Assembly (NCBI GenBank): GCA_030646805.1
Contig: JAUSKZ010000034.1
Coordinates: 1-43,613, forward strand
Reading direction: 5' to 3'
Source: Candidatus Daviesbacteria bacterium
GTDB lineage: Bacteria; Patescibacteriota; Microgenomatia; Daviesbacterales; UBA10151
DNA length: 43,613 nucleotides
Shown: positions 1-9,894 of the stretch, piece by piece
Numbering within the stretch: the stretch's first letter is position 1
How the letters are laid out: each line of letters opens with the position of its first letter
Program-made: the position numbers and the translations under genes
Notes under the pieces: model-generated
The model's database searches: none
What the model saw: only the letters and a program-made list of their open reading frames with translations
What the model was told of the DNA's origin: nothing

Positions 1-2
1 AA

Positions 3-2090
3 GCTCAAAAAATCGCTGTCAAAAGATTTGAAAGATTAAAAGAAGAAGGATCATCGCAGCTAGCAGAGGTAGCAGCAGTTTTAGCTGAGCAAAAGTTGGC
101 AGCCTTGAGAAGAGAACATATTGAAGTTGAGGGTGCACCTAGAACTTACTCAAGATTTGAGATTATGGCCAATCAAATTATTGACCAGGAAGGGTTAAAT
201 GAACAAAACGAAAGTGTTGAGGCTATTCGAGAAGCCAAGATGGAAAAAGCTCGGGAAGCGGTACTATCAATATTAGTTCGTAAAAGAGGGACAGAGAGAC
301 TTTTGTCTATGATTGAATCCGATGAGTTATTTTGCCGAGCAATTGCCAATAGACAGCGGATGACTAGCGAAGAACTTTTAACCGCTGAAAGTTCGGCCAA
401 ACGCCATGCCTTAAACGGAGTTTTATTTATGAAGCAACTTGTTTTATCTGAAGTTGATCGCCGAGTTTTTAATGGCCAAAAAGTGCTAAACGAAGAAAGA
501 GAACGATTGCTTTCTGGTATGGCTAAAGACCCAATGGTTTTTATTACTGGTTTGTCTGATGAAGAGATTCAGACTATTCGGGCAGGAATTCCTAAACCCT
601 CCAACTCGCGATCAATCTTTGATTTGGCTAAGGAGCGATTAAAATCTAAGTTGGTAGATTCAGCTACTGATGAAGAGTTAATTGGGGTAATGACTCAAAC
701 TGTTGTAGGAGAGTTATTGACGACTCGAAGTTCAATAGCTGTGGACCTAGCTTTGAGAGATTTGGGAATTGATCCAATGAGTGTTTTAACTGATCCGGAA
801 AATTTGACTGAGACGGTTCAGCAAATTATTGACAAATCCCTGCCATATATCAGAATAGACAGTACAGTTGAACTAAATCAGTTAAAGTTAGAGAGAAAAG
901 GTCAGAGGCCAAAGGGTCAAGTCAATCAGCAGACAGTTTTCCGACTTCTGCAAGATGAATTATTGCGACCTAACCCAGACCAGCCTTTAATTGTAGGAAA
1001 GTCAGAGGTGGTTGCTGTTGAGCCGTCTACCAGAGGTGCTCGAAAAGTTATAGGAGTATTGGACAGGCTAGCCGACCTAGGTGTATTGCAACCTCGATCT
1101 CAGGAAGTAACTAGAGCCATAGTCCATAAAGCTAATACGGCAATTTTCGTCGAACTCCCGCTTTCTACCCAAAGAGGGCGCTTTGTCCACACTCGGGTTT
1201 TAGCTGAAGACGCAAAAGGCAAATACGGATGGGGCGATGCGCAAAATATTAAAGAAATAACTCGTTGCCGGGTTTTAACTGGTTTATGTCTTTTTAGCTC
1301 ATCAGCTGTGACAGCTGTAAGCGAGGGCGGGGTAAAATATGCCCTAACCAATCCGTATGTTAATAGAGAAATCGATCAACCAGTAATTAGAATTGATATT
1401 GATCAGCGGATCCAACCTTACGAGGCAGATTCGGTACTGCGTTTATCAGAAATGATCGGGTGTTTAAATCCGGAAAAAGTTTCTTCAGTGGCTCTGGCTG
1501 TTCCGAGAATTGAGTACTGGTTATATGCTATGGATGCTTACGAGAAGGGTTTAATCGATTCTGGTTTAATGCTTGAATGGTTTAATCAAGTTGATCTTCG
1601 GGCTGGAAGAATGATTGATATGGTAACAAAGAGGATTGCCAAGCCTGGTTTAAAAATCAACCAGGTGGACCCTTTGGGCTCTATAGCCTTGAATTTAGTG
1701 CAGGATGTACAAAACGATAAGAGAGGCTTATTGCCTAAACTGGTTGAGCAATTAAAAGAGAAGAGTAGTCTAGTTAGTCAAACTGAGATTGTGAGCTACT
1801 CTGATTTAAGCTACTTAAGCTATGTCTTAGGATACTTAGATCAATTGGACGCTGAAACAGAGATGTTAATTGCTGTGGAGAATCCTGAAGAGACGGGTAT
1901 TTTAAATAGGATTCGAAGCTTGATTGGCCAAGTGGTTTCGGGTAAAACTATTGTTGGGTTGTATCCACATACTAATTTAGTTATGAGTCAAGACCCTGAA
2001 ACTGTTGGCGGTAGGTCATTGTACTTCTTTGATCCAAAAAGTAGACTAAGGACAGCCTTGAGGGAGGTAGTTAGAGCTAATAGGATATGA
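3..2090 (+). CDS. 5'-truncated large protein; C-terminal ~330 aa resemble fungal AnkA/AvaA-type (RCDPS) tRNA-dependent cyclodipeptide synthases
   Basis: The frame is open from nt 3 (AQKIAVKRFERLKEEG...), so the TTG at 96 is not the true start. C-terminal motifs in order: GLCLFSSS, PYEADSVLRL, LAVPRIEYW, EWFNQVDLR, SDLSYLSYV, LIAVENPEE, GLYP...SLYFFDP. The CDS is secure; the family call rests on recalled motif similarity. Confidence 0.55.
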   Translation, partial: AQKIAVKRFERLKEEGSSQLAEVAAVLAEQKLAALRREHIEVEGAPRTYSRFEIMANQIIDQEGLNEQNESVEAIREAKMEKAREAVLSILVRKRGTERLLSMIESDELFCRAIANRQRMTSEELLTAESSAKRHALNGVLFMKQLVLSEVDRRVFNGQKVLNEERERLLSGMAKDPMVFITGLSDEEIQTIRAGIPKPSNSRSIFDLAKERLKSKLVDSATDEELIGVMTQTVVGELLTTRSSIAVDLALRDLGIDPMSVLTDPENLTETVQQIIDKSLPYIRIDSTVELNQLKLERKGQRPKGQVNQQTVFRLLQDELLRPNPDQPLIVGKSEVVAVEPSTRGARKVIGVLDRLADLGVLQPRSQEVTRAIVHKANTAIFVELPLSTQRGRFVHTRVLAEDAKGKYGWGDAQNIKEITRCRVLTGLCLFSSSAVTAVSEGGVKYALTNPYVNREIDQPVIRIDIDQRIQPYEADSVLRLSEMIGCLNPEKVSSVALAVPRIEYWLYAMDAYEKGLIDSGLMLEWFNQVDLRAGRMIDMVTKRIAKPGLKINQVDPLGSIALNLVQDVQNDKRGLLPKLVEQLKEKSSLVSQTEIVSYSDLSYLSYVLGYLDQLDAETEMLIAVENPEETGILNRIRSLIGQVVSGKTIVGLYPHTNLVMSQDPETVGGRSLYFFDPKSRLRTALREVVRANRI

Positions 2091-3139
2091 AAATAATTAA
2101 CCAACATTTAGCCAAACAGCTAATCAAAGGGGCTTCGATCCTCACTACCGGTGGTGGAGTTCCTCCAGTGGAACAACGGAAGGCCTTAAAAATATTTACC
2201 AATCTCCAGGTGAAATTGGTAAGTTTGGATGAATTACCAGCTGATGGTTACTTGTGTATGGCCGGGGAGCTTGGGCCATCTGAAGTTCCACCTCTGGACA
2301 AAAGAAAAATTATCAATAAAATGATCAAGCTACTTTCGGAGATTAGTGCTAAAAAAATTGTTGGTTTTTATCCACCAGAAATTGGACAAGAAAGTGTCAC
2401 TTTAGAGTCAGCCCATCTTACAGGATTACCGGTTGTTGATCTTGATCCTGTGGGTGGGAGAGCAGTGCCATTTCTTGATCTAAGTGTTTTCAATCTAAGA
2501 AAGATCCCATATTCGCTGACTCCTTTAGTGGTGAGTACAGATAAGGAAGAGTTATTAACTATCAATGGTACTTTGAAGTTAGAGCGGGTGGAGCAGATGG
2601 TCCGAGAGTTAACGAAACTGTCCAGCTCTGGCTTGGTTTTTTTAATTGGGGGGTTAATATCTGTAGAACAATTAAAAAAAGCTAAGATCGAAAATAACTC
2701 CTATAGTTTAGCTCTTCAGCTCGGTACGATTAAAACCATTGAAGAGTTGAAGACACACTTAAAACCACGATTGATAATTGAGGCAGTGGTTCAAAAAATT
2801 ACTAGACTAGATAAGCAGGGTTTTTCTGCTTCAAAGGTGATCGTCTTAGACCGAATAAAAAATAGCTATCAACTAACCATTCTTAATGAGGCTCTTTTTA
2901 TTCATAATCAACAAGGAGATATTATTGCTTCAGTTCCAGAGAGGATTTTGCTGGTTAATCCTCAGACCTTAGGTGGTTTTCCCAGCTCTGAACTGGACAA
3001 AGGACAAGCTGTTATAATATTGGTGGTTAGACCAGATAAGCTTTGGCAAACAGCCAGGGCTAAAAAAATATTTGGAAAGGAGCGTTTTAGTTTTCTTCTA
3101 TCCCCGACGAAGCACGGGGAGAAGATACCCAGGGCGTAA
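2087..3139 (+). CDS. DUF917-family protein
   Basis: GASILTTGGG, PPEIG, VVDLDPVGGRAVP, NEAL and VPERI match the DUF917 pattern (GxxxLGxGGGG / ExGG / DxDxMGRAFP / NE / PDLI). ATGA overlap with the upstream gene. Confidence 0.8.
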   Translation: MKIINQHLAKQLIKGASILTTGGGVPPVEQRKALKIFTNLQVKLVSLDELPADGYLCMAGELGPSEVPPLDKRKIINKMIKLLSEISAKKIVGFYPPEIGQESVTLESAHLTGLPVVDLDPVGGRAVPFLDLSVFNLRKIPYSLTPLVVSTDKEELLTINGTLKLERVEQMVRELTKLSSSGLVFLIGGLISVEQLKKAKIENNSYSLALQLGTIKTIEELKTHLKPRLIIEAVVQKITRLDKQGFSASKVIVLDRIKNSYQLTILNEALFIHNQQGDIIASVPERILLVNPQTLGGFPSSELDKGQAVIILVVRPDKLWQTARAKKIFGKERFSFLLSPTKHGEKIPRA

Positions 3140-3150
3140 GCCCGAGGGAG
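3101..3150. repeat. Two adjacent GC-rich hairpins (REP-like) across the DUF917 stop
   Basis: TCCCCG-acgaagca-CGGGGA (3101-3120, stem extendable with TCTTC/GAAGA) and GGGC-gtaa-GCCC (3132-3143). Confidence 0.55.
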
Positions 3151-3154
3151 ATTC

Positions 3155-4228
3155 ATGATTAATAAACAACGGTTAGTAGAAACTTTTCTTAAGCTTGTTC
3201 AGATTGACAGTCCTTCAGGGGATGAGGAGTTAGTTTCTCAGGAATTAACCAGAAGATTAAAAGTCTTAGGTGGGAAAGTTGAACCTGATAGTTATGGCAA
3301 TATAATCTGTCATTTCAAAGGACAAGGTGAAAGCTTATTACTCAATGCTCATATGGATACTGTGGAGCCGGGCAGAGGGATCAATCCATCTATTAAAAAG
3401 GATCGGATTATCTCAGACGGAAGAACTATTCTTGGTGCTGATCCCAAAGCTGGGGTAGCTATTATTTTGGAAGCCTTAACCTCTCTCAAAGAAGATCAGA
3501 AATCTTCAGTACCTGTGGAAGTAGTGTTTACCCGAGAGGAGGAATCTACCTTAGGTGGAGCGATGAGTTTGGATTATAAAAAGATTCGATCAAAACATGG
3601 GATTATCTTTGATGGCGACGAGGGGGTTCATCGGATCTTTGTCTCGTCACCTTGGTATCTAAGTGTGTTGATTGAGGTAACAGGTCGTGCTTCTCACGCT
3701 GCCGAACCGGAAAAAGGTTTATCAGCTATTGAAATTGGAGCAAAAATTATTGCTCAACTGGAGCTGGGACGGAGTGATTTTGAAACCACTGGCACTGTTG
3801 GTCTGGTGAAAGGTGGAAGTGCCGTCAATGCTGTAGCTGAATTGATGGAGATTAAAGCTGAGTTGCGCAGTAGAGATAAAAAGAAGCTTTTAAAGGAAGC
3901 GAAAAAAGTTGAAAAGGTAGTTTTACAGTTAGCCAAACAATATCCTGAAGCGAAAATTAAACTGAAAATGCAAGAGGAATTTCAGGGTTTTAAGTTGCCA
4001 CCGACTCATCCAGCTATCCAAAGAGCAACGGCTGCTTTGAAGGCTATGTCATTGGAGCCACAACTAATTGATACCAATGGTGGCTCAGATGCCAATATCT
4101 TTCATAAGCACGGTATCGAGGTAGTAGTGGTGGGTACGGGGGCTGCCAATGGTCACACTACTCGAGAATATGTAGTCATTGATCAGATGGTAGAAGCCGC
4201 ACATTTCTGCGAAAAACTGTTACAATAA
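3155..4228 (+). CDS. M20 family metallopeptidase, peptidase T-like
   Basis: [32 protein letters not shown] and C-terminal GHTTRE metal-binding motifs. Confidence 0.9.
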   Translation: MINKQRLVETFLKLVQIDSPSGDEELVSQELTRRLKVLGGKVEPDSYGNIICHFKGQGESLLLNAHMDTVEPGRGINPSIKKDRIISDGRTILGADPKAGVAIILEALTSLKEDQKSSVPVEVVFTREEESTLGGAMSLDYKKIRSKHGIIFDGDEGVHRIFVSSPWYLSVLIEVTGRASHAAEPEKGLSAIEIGAKIIAQLELGRSDFETTGTVGLVKGGSAVNAVAELMEIKAELRSRDKKKLLKEAKKVEKVVLQLAKQYPEAKIKLKMQEEFQGFKLPPTHPAIQRATAALKAMSLEPQLIDTNGGSDANIFHKHGIEVVVVGTGAANGHTTREYVVIDQMVEAAHFCEKLLQ

Positions 4229-4232
4229 AGCC

Positions 4233-5258
4233 ATGAAAAAGAGAATTATGACAGGGGACCGGCCAACCGGTAAGTTGCACTTGGGTCATTATGTAGGATC
4301 GTTAAAAGATCGGGTTGCCCTTCAGGATGAATATGATCAGTTTGTGATGCTTGCTGATGTTCAGGCCTTAACAGATAACTTTGAAAACCCACAAAAAGTT
4401 AGGGATAATATTAAGGAGGTAGCCCTAGATTATTTATCAGTTGGGATTGATCCCACTAAAACCACTATTTATATCCAGTCCCAAATCCCCCAAACAGCTG
4501 AGTTAACAATCTACTTTTTGAATTTAGTCACTTTAGCCAGATTAGAAAGAAACCCTACTGTTAAAGAAGAGATGAAGCAAAAAGGGTTTGGGTCTGAAGT
4601 GCCGGTTGGATTTTTGGCATATCCGATCTCCCAAGCTGCAGATATTTTGATTCTTAAGGCTAATTTAGTGCCGGTAGGAGAAGACCAGAGACCAATGGTT
4701 GAACAAACCCGGGAGATCGCTCGAAAATTTAACTTACTTTATGGTGGAGACCTGCCTGCCGGCAGGCAGGTTTTTCCGGAACCGGAGATTAAAGTTGGCG
4801 CCGTGGCTAGACTAGTGGGAACAGATGGCAACTCAAAGATGAGTAAAAGTCTGGGAAACACTATTAATTTATCTGATTCGGAAGAAGAAGTAGAGAAAAA
4901 AGTTATGGGAATGTACACAGACCCTAAAAGAATTCATCCAACCGATCCTGGAACTGTTGAAGGAAATCCAGTTTTTATCTATCTAGATGCTTTTGGAACG
5001 GACGCAGACCAGGAGCAAGTAAACAAGTTTAAAGAGTCCTATAGGAAAGGCCAAATAGGGGATGTTGAGGTTAAAAAGTACTTAGTGGAAGTTTTGAATA
5101 AATTTCTAGACCCAATCAGAGCTAGACGGGCGGAGTTTGAGAAAAACCCGGAGTTGGTTGAAGAGATTTTAAAAGAAGGCACTAAAAAAGCCAGGGGTGA
5201 GGCAGAAAAAACCATGATAGAGGTTAAAAAAGCTATGAAGCTTAACTACTTTGATTAG
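4233..5258 (+). CDS. trpS: Tryptophan--tRNA ligase
   Basis: [14 protein letters not shown] (HIGH), [18 protein letters not shown]. Confidence 0.98.
   Translation: MKKRIMTGDRPTGKLHLGHYVGSLKDRVALQDEYDQFVMLADVQALTDNFENPQKVRDNIKEVALDYLSVGIDPTKTTIYIQSQIPQTAELTIYFLNLVTLARLERNPTVKEEMKQKGFGSEVPVGFLAYPISQAADILILKANLVPVGEDQRPMVEQTREIARKFNLLYGGDLPAGRQVFPEPEIKVGAVARLVGTDGNSKMSKSLGNTINLSDSEEEVEKKVMGMYTDPKRIHPTDPGTVEGNPVFIYLDAFGTDADQEQVNKFKESYRKGQIGDVEVKKYLVEVLNKFLDPIRARRAEFEKNPELVEEILKEGTKKARGEAEKTMIEVKKAMKLNYFD
4750..4771. repeat. Perfect 22-bp palindrome inside trpS, encoding LPAGRQ
   Basis: ACCTGCCTGCCGGCAGGCAGGT is its own reverse complement. Confidence 0.9.
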
Positions 5259-5310
5259 CCCCCCTCTTTTTCTGGTAATCTGAATCTAAAAGTGCTAGAA
5301 TTTCCCAGTT

Positions 5311-7155
5311 GTGGCACAAGGCACCAAAAAAAAATTAACCCCAAATAAAATCATTGAGACTTTAAAGAGTGTTGGTACTTACGCCTTAATTGGTTTAGTA
5401 GCTCTATTTTTCTTTGTTAATCTTTCCGGCGACCCAACTCCTCAAGATGAAATTCCCCTCTCTCAGCTCATAAACGAGATCAAGCAGGAAAAAATAGCCA
5501 AAGTTATCGTTGATGGGGAAAAGCTGCTTATTTCTTATAAAGAGGAGGATAAAAAAGCTGTCAGCCGTAAAGAAGCGGCTGAATCGATCTTCCAAATCTT
5601 AAAATCTTCCGATGTTGATCCTAAATCTGTCACTATTGAGGTTAAGGATAACTCTTTAACCCAAGCTTTGTATGGAGTTTTGGGCTCAATCTTGCCGCTA
5701 TTACTTTTAGCTGGATTGATGTTTTTTGTGCTTAGGCACGCCAAGGATGCCGGCCAAGGAATCTTTTCTTTTGGTCAATCCAGAGCCAAAATTTTTACCA
5801 AAGACGCACCCCAGATTAAATTTGCTGATGTGGCTGGAGTTGAGGAGGCTAAAAAAGAGCTCTCGGAGATAGTTGAGTTTTTAAAGACTCCCGAGAAATT
5901 TACGGCCCTTGGTGCCAGAACTCCTAAAGGGGTGCTTTTAGTGGGGCCAGCAGGAACTGGAAAAACCCTCTTATCAAGGGCGGTAGCCGGTGAAGCTGGA
6001 GTTCCTTTTTTCTCAATTGCCGGATCTGAGTTTATGGAGATGTTGGTAGGAGTGGGAGCAGCCCGGGTCAGGGATATGTTTGGAACCGCCAAAAAGAGTG
6101 CTCCATCGATCATTTTTATCGATGAGATAGAATCGATCGGCCGGGCTCGAGGGATGGGGGGAATGGGTGGAGGTCATGACGAAAGGGAGCAGACCTTAAA
6201 CCAGATCTTGGTTGAGATGGATGGATTTGCCCCGAATGATCATGTCATAGTTATTGGAGCTACAAATCGCCCAGATATGCTTGATGCGGCTTTGGTCAGG
6301 CCCGGTAGATTTGACCGAAGAGTGACCTTAGGTTTGCCAGATTTAAATGAAAGAAAAGCCATTATTTCAATTCATATGAAGGGGAAGCCGATAACCCCAG
6401 ATGTCGATTTGGAGAAGCTGGCGAGAAGAACTGTGGGTTTTTCTGGGGCCGATATCGCCAACATGTTAAATGAAGCAGCCATTTTGGCAGCCCGAGAGGA
6501 TAAAAAAGCTATTGATCCCAAAGACTTTGAGGAGGCGGCGACCAAAGTAAAGATGGGTCCCCAAAGAAAACGGATGTCAACCGATGAAGACCGGAAACTG
6601 GCGGCCTATCATGAAGCTGGCCACGCCGTCGTGGGGCATTTCCTAAAAAATGTTGATCCTTTGCACCGGGTAACAATTGTGGCTCGGGCTGAGTCTGGGG
6701 GGCATACCCAATTTACCCCTCTTCAGGACAGATCTAATGAGTCAAAGTCCAGGCTAATGGATCAGATAACTATGGCCTTGGGAGCTCAGGCTGCAGAGAA
6801 GATGTTTTTAGATGATATCTCAACCGGGGCAGCTGCAGACTTGAGTGTCGCCACCCGAATCGCTCGAGCGATGGTGACTGAGTATGGAATGTCGGACTTG
6901 GGTCCAATTGCGGTCGGTCCGCGCAGCATCTTTGGTTCCTGGATGAGAATGGGGGAGGGAGAAGATCAAGTTTCAGAACAACTTCAAAGTAAGATCGATC
7001 TGGAGATTAAAAAAATCCTGGATTTAGGCTATAAGAAAGCCAGTGAGATCCTCAAAATTCATAAAAAAGAGCTTCAGGCAGTCACTAAGGCACTTCTGGA
7101 AACAGAAACCTTGGAGTCTGAAGAGTTTGAAAAAATTGTCGGCAAGAAAAAATAA
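5311..7155 (+). CDS. ftsH: ATP-dependent zinc metalloprotease FtsH
   Basis: Two N-terminal TM segments, Walker A GPAGTGKT, Walker B IIFIDE, RPGRFDR, HEAGH zinc motif. Confidence 0.98.
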   Translation: MAQGTKKKLTPNKIIETLKSVGTYALIGLVALFFFVNLSGDPTPQDEIPLSQLINEIKQEKIAKVIVDGEKLLISYKEEDKKAVSRKEAAESIFQILKSSDVDPKSVTIEVKDNSLTQALYGVLGSILPLLLLAGLMFFVLRHAKDAGQGIFSFGQSRAKIFTKDAPQIKFADVAGVEEAKKELSEIVEFLKTPEKFTALGARTPKGVLLVGPAGTGKTLLSRAVAGEAGVPFFSIAGSEFMEMLVGVGAARVRDMFGTAKKSAPSIIFIDEIESIGRARGMGGMGGGHDEREQTLNQILVEMDGFAPNDHVIVIGATNRPDMLDAALVRPGRFDRRVTLGLPDLNERKAIISIHMKGKPITPDVDLEKLARRTVGFSGADIANMLNEAAILAAREDKKAIDPKDFEEAATKVKMGPQRKRMSTDEDRKLAAYHEAGHAVVGHFLKNVDPLHRVTIVARAESGGHTQFTPLQDRSNESKSRLMDQITMALGAQAAEKMFLDDISTGAAADLSVATRIARAMVTEYGMSDLGPIAVGPRSIFGSWMRMGEGEDQVSEQLQSKIDLEIKKILDLGYKKASEILKIHKKELQAVTKALLETETLESEEFEKIVGKKK

Positions 7156-7212
7156 GTCCTCAACGTACTGATTTAAGATCTTAAGTTTGCTACAATTCAC
7201 CAAAGTCATAAT

Positions 7213-9423
7213 ATGAAGAAGTTAGTTTTAATTGACGGAAATGCTCTTTTGCACCGGGCCTATCACGCCACCCCGCTTTTTACTACCTCAAAAGGAGAGC
7301 TTATCAACGCCGCCTTTGGCTTTTCCAGTATGCTACTTAAAGTCTTGGAGGACCTTTTGCCGGACTATATCGCGGTAGCTTGGGATTTACGGGCGCCGAC
7401 CTTTCGCCATAGCCAATTTGCAAACTACAAGGCTCATAGGATTCCGATGGCCGATGGGTTAGCTTCCCAATACGATAGGGTCCATCAAATTGTTAAATCT
7501 TTTAACATCCCTGAATTTAAATTACCCGGCTTTGAAGCTGATGATTTAGTTGGGACTTTGGCTAAACAAGCAGTTAGGAAAGATAAATCTTTAGAGGTAG
7601 TTATTGTTACTGGTGATCGGGATATTATGCAGTTGATCGAAGATCGGATTAAGGTTTTGATGCCAAAAAAGACCATCACAGATGTTGGGCTCTATGGTAC
7701 AGAGGAGTTTACGGCCAAATACGGTTTTTTACCAATAAATATGGTGGATTATAAAGGTTTGGCGGGAGATCAATCAGACAATATTCCGGGAGTCAAAGGG
7801 ATCGGGGAGGTAACGGCCACTAAATTAATTCAAAAATACGCCACAGTTGAGAACGTCTATAAACACTTGGATGAACTTCCCGAAAGGACAAAAGTCTTAT
7901 TGGAGGCAGACTCAGAAAACGCTTTGATGAGTAAGAAGTTAGCTACCATTGAAACCGAGATTCCCATTAAATTGGATTTAAGCAAGTGCGCAGTTCATGA
8001 CTTTAAAAAAGAGCAGGTAATTAAACTTTTTACTGAGCTAGAATTTAAAAGTCTAATGCCAAGGATTCCGGGAGTAAAGGGGGTAGGAGGTAAAGAGTCT
8101 AAATCTCGAGCGCCGAATCCCAAACCTTCAGGGGTTACTGTTAATCTAGATCTTCAAGTAGAACCAATTTTAAAGAAGATGTCTGAGACGGGAATTTATA
8201 TTGATTGCCAGTTTCTGGAACAGTTTGGGACTGGTTTAAAAGGTAGATTAGTTAAACTAGAACAGCAGATATACTCAACTATCGGACATGAGTTCAATAT
8301 TAACAGTCCAAAGCAGCTGCAAGATATTCTGTTTGATGAGCTGGGATTACCAGTAATTAAAAAAACTAAAACTGGGCGTTCCACCGACGAAGAAACTCTA
8401 CAACAACTTCGAGATGCTCATCCCGCGATTCCTTTACTTTTGGAGTATCGCCAACTTTTTAAAATTGTTTCAACCTATATTGATGCATTGCCGAAGTCAG
8501 TAGGTATTGATGGCCGGATTCATTCAACCTTTAATGTAGAGGGAGCGGCAACCGGGCGACTTTCATCTAAGGATCCAAACCTTCAGAATATCCCGATCAA
8601 AGGTGGTTTAGGATCGGAGATGAGGAAGGCTTTTGTGGCACCCCAAGGTAAAGTTTTACTGGGAGCTGACTACTCTCAAGTTGAACTGCGGATCCTGGCT
8701 CATTTAGCTGATGATCCGGGACTTAAAAAAGCCTTCCAAGAGGGGATAGATATCCACGCCTTAACTGCCTCCAAGATATTTAGAGTATCAGTAGGTGAGG
8801 TCACTCGGGAGCAAAGGACAGTTGGTAAAACCATGAACTTTGCCACTTTGTATGGCCAGGGGCCACACGCGCTGTCTCGGCAACTTGGGGTAGATTATAA
8901 AACAGCTCAAAGTTATATCGCTGAATATTTTGCCCAGTTTTCGAACGTCCGCGATTGGATGTCCAAAATTGTAGAGGAGGCCCGGAAAAGTGGCTACTCT
9001 GAAACTATCTGGGGCAGACGAAGATACTTGCCTGAGTTAAACGCTCCCAATAAGATGCTCCAAGCCTTTGGGGAGAGGGCAGCGGTCAATCATCCTATAC
9101 AAGGTTCGAGCGCTGATATGATTAAAAAAGCGATGGTGGAAATTGATAAGGAGTTAGAGATTACTTCGTTGCTACTCGAAGGCCATTTGGCCTTCTCCTC
9201 TCGCAATGACGTCGTTGCGAACAAAGTGAAGCAATCTCAGTCTTGCCAGCTCATACTCCAAATTCACGATGAGCTTTTATTTGAATGTGATCCTGATAGT
9301 GTAACTGAGGTTGGAAAGATGGTTAAAGAGAAGATGGAGGATGCTCTAAAACTTTCTGTTCCTGTGGTAGTTGAAGTAAAATCTGGCCCAAACTGGGGCG
9401 AGATGAGTCCCTTAGAGATTTAA
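7213..9423 (+). CDS. polA: DNA polymerase I (5'-3' exonuclease plus polymerase; 3'-5' exonuclease domain absent)
   Basis: LIDGNALLHRAYHA, EADD, GDQSDNIPGVKGIG, TGRLSSKDPNLQNIP, ADYSQVELRILAH, QIHDELLFE; only 736 aa. Confidence 0.95.
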   Translation: MKKLVLIDGNALLHRAYHATPLFTTSKGELINAAFGFSSMLLKVLEDLLPDYIAVAWDLRAPTFRHSQFANYKAHRIPMADGLASQYDRVHQIVKSFNIPEFKLPGFEADDLVGTLAKQAVRKDKSLEVVIVTGDRDIMQLIEDRIKVLMPKKTITDVGLYGTEEFTAKYGFLPINMVDYKGLAGDQSDNIPGVKGIGEVTATKLIQKYATVENVYKHLDELPERTKVLLEADSENALMSKKLATIETEIPIKLDLSKCAVHDFKKEQVIKLFTELEFKSLMPRIPGVKGVGGKESKSRAPNPKPSGVTVNLDLQVEPILKKMSETGIYIDCQFLEQFGTGLKGRLVKLEQQIYSTIGHEFNINSPKQLQDILFDELGLPVIKKTKTGRSTDEETLQQLRDAHPAIPLLLEYRQLFKIVSTYIDALPKSVGIDGRIHSTFNVEGAATGRLSSKDPNLQNIPIKGGLGSEMRKAFVAPQGKVLLGADYSQVELRILAHLADDPGLKKAFQEGIDIHALTASKIFRVSVGEVTREQRTVGKTMNFATLYGQGPHALSRQLGVDYKTAQSYIAEYFAQFSNVRDWMSKIVEEARKSGYSETIWGRRRYLPELNAPNKMLQAFGERAAVNHPIQGSSADMIKKAMVEIDKELEITSLLLEGHLAFSSRNDVVANKVKQSQSCQLILQIHDELLFECDPDSVTEVGKMVKEKMEDALKLSVPVVVEVKSGPNWGEMSPLEI
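9157..9238. repeat. REP/RPE-like palindromic element read through in polA
   Basis: Outer IR GAGATTACTTC (9157) / GAAGCAATCTC (9228-9238); inner IR TCGCAATGAC/GTCGTTGCGA (9201-9220); hairpin GAAGGCC-attt-GGCCTTC (9178-9195). Confidence 0.8.
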
Positions 9424-9483
9424 ACGAGAGAAGCAGTGGGAGCGCCATTTACTAACGACCTTTTAATTACGAACTAAAGAAGT

Positions 9484-9512
9484 TTGACTTACTAATCCTA
9501 TAGTGGTAGAAT
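9484..9512 (+). promoter_or_regulatory. Sigma70-type promoter for the 9522 ORF
   Basis: TTGACT, 17 bp, then TAGAAT with extended TG; ATG follows 9 nt after the -10 box. Confidence 0.65.
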
Positions 9513-9521
9513 CAGCGTGAT

Positions 9522-9887
9522 ATGTTTCAAATAGATCAGAGGAGCACGTCAAATGAGGGAATGGCCTTTTCTACAGGGGTTTTGTTGGGAGCTTTGCTTG
9601 GTGGTGTTGCTATAGCTACTCTCTCGAGTCGGACTGAACCAGTCTCACATCTGCTTTTACGTAGGACAGGCATGAGTGTTGCAAACGAAGGCCATAACCT
9701 TTTAGAATTAAGAGGCGGCAATAGACTCCAATATTTCGGTTCTCCAGATGAAGCCCAAGCAGAGGCAAGAAGGTTCACTGCTCAATGTGAAGCTGAGGTT
9801 ACAGTATTAGATCATAAACAGGAGAGAACTTTAGTTAGAGTGAATCAAGAGAGTTGTGTAATTAATCCCTCCCCAGAAAGAAGATAA
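9522..9887 (+). CDS. Hypothetical protein with N-terminal hydrophobic segment
   Basis: 121-aa ORF with its own promoter; FSTGVLLGALLGGVAIA TM-like stretch. Confidence 0.65.
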   Translation: MFQIDQRSTSNEGMAFSTGVLLGALLGGVAIATLSSRTEPVSHLLLRRTGMSVANEGHNLLELRGGNRLQYFGSPDEAQAEARRFTAQCEAEVTVLDHKQERTLVRVNQESCVINPSPERR

Positions 9888-9894
9888 GATTATC

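Noticed and set aside
96..98. TTG start for ORF1
   Set aside because: The frame is open back to the window edge, so the real start lies upstream.
9157..9238. Intein or intron in polA
   Set aside because: Too short, no Cys/Ser...His-Asn intein termini, and the frame is uninterrupted.
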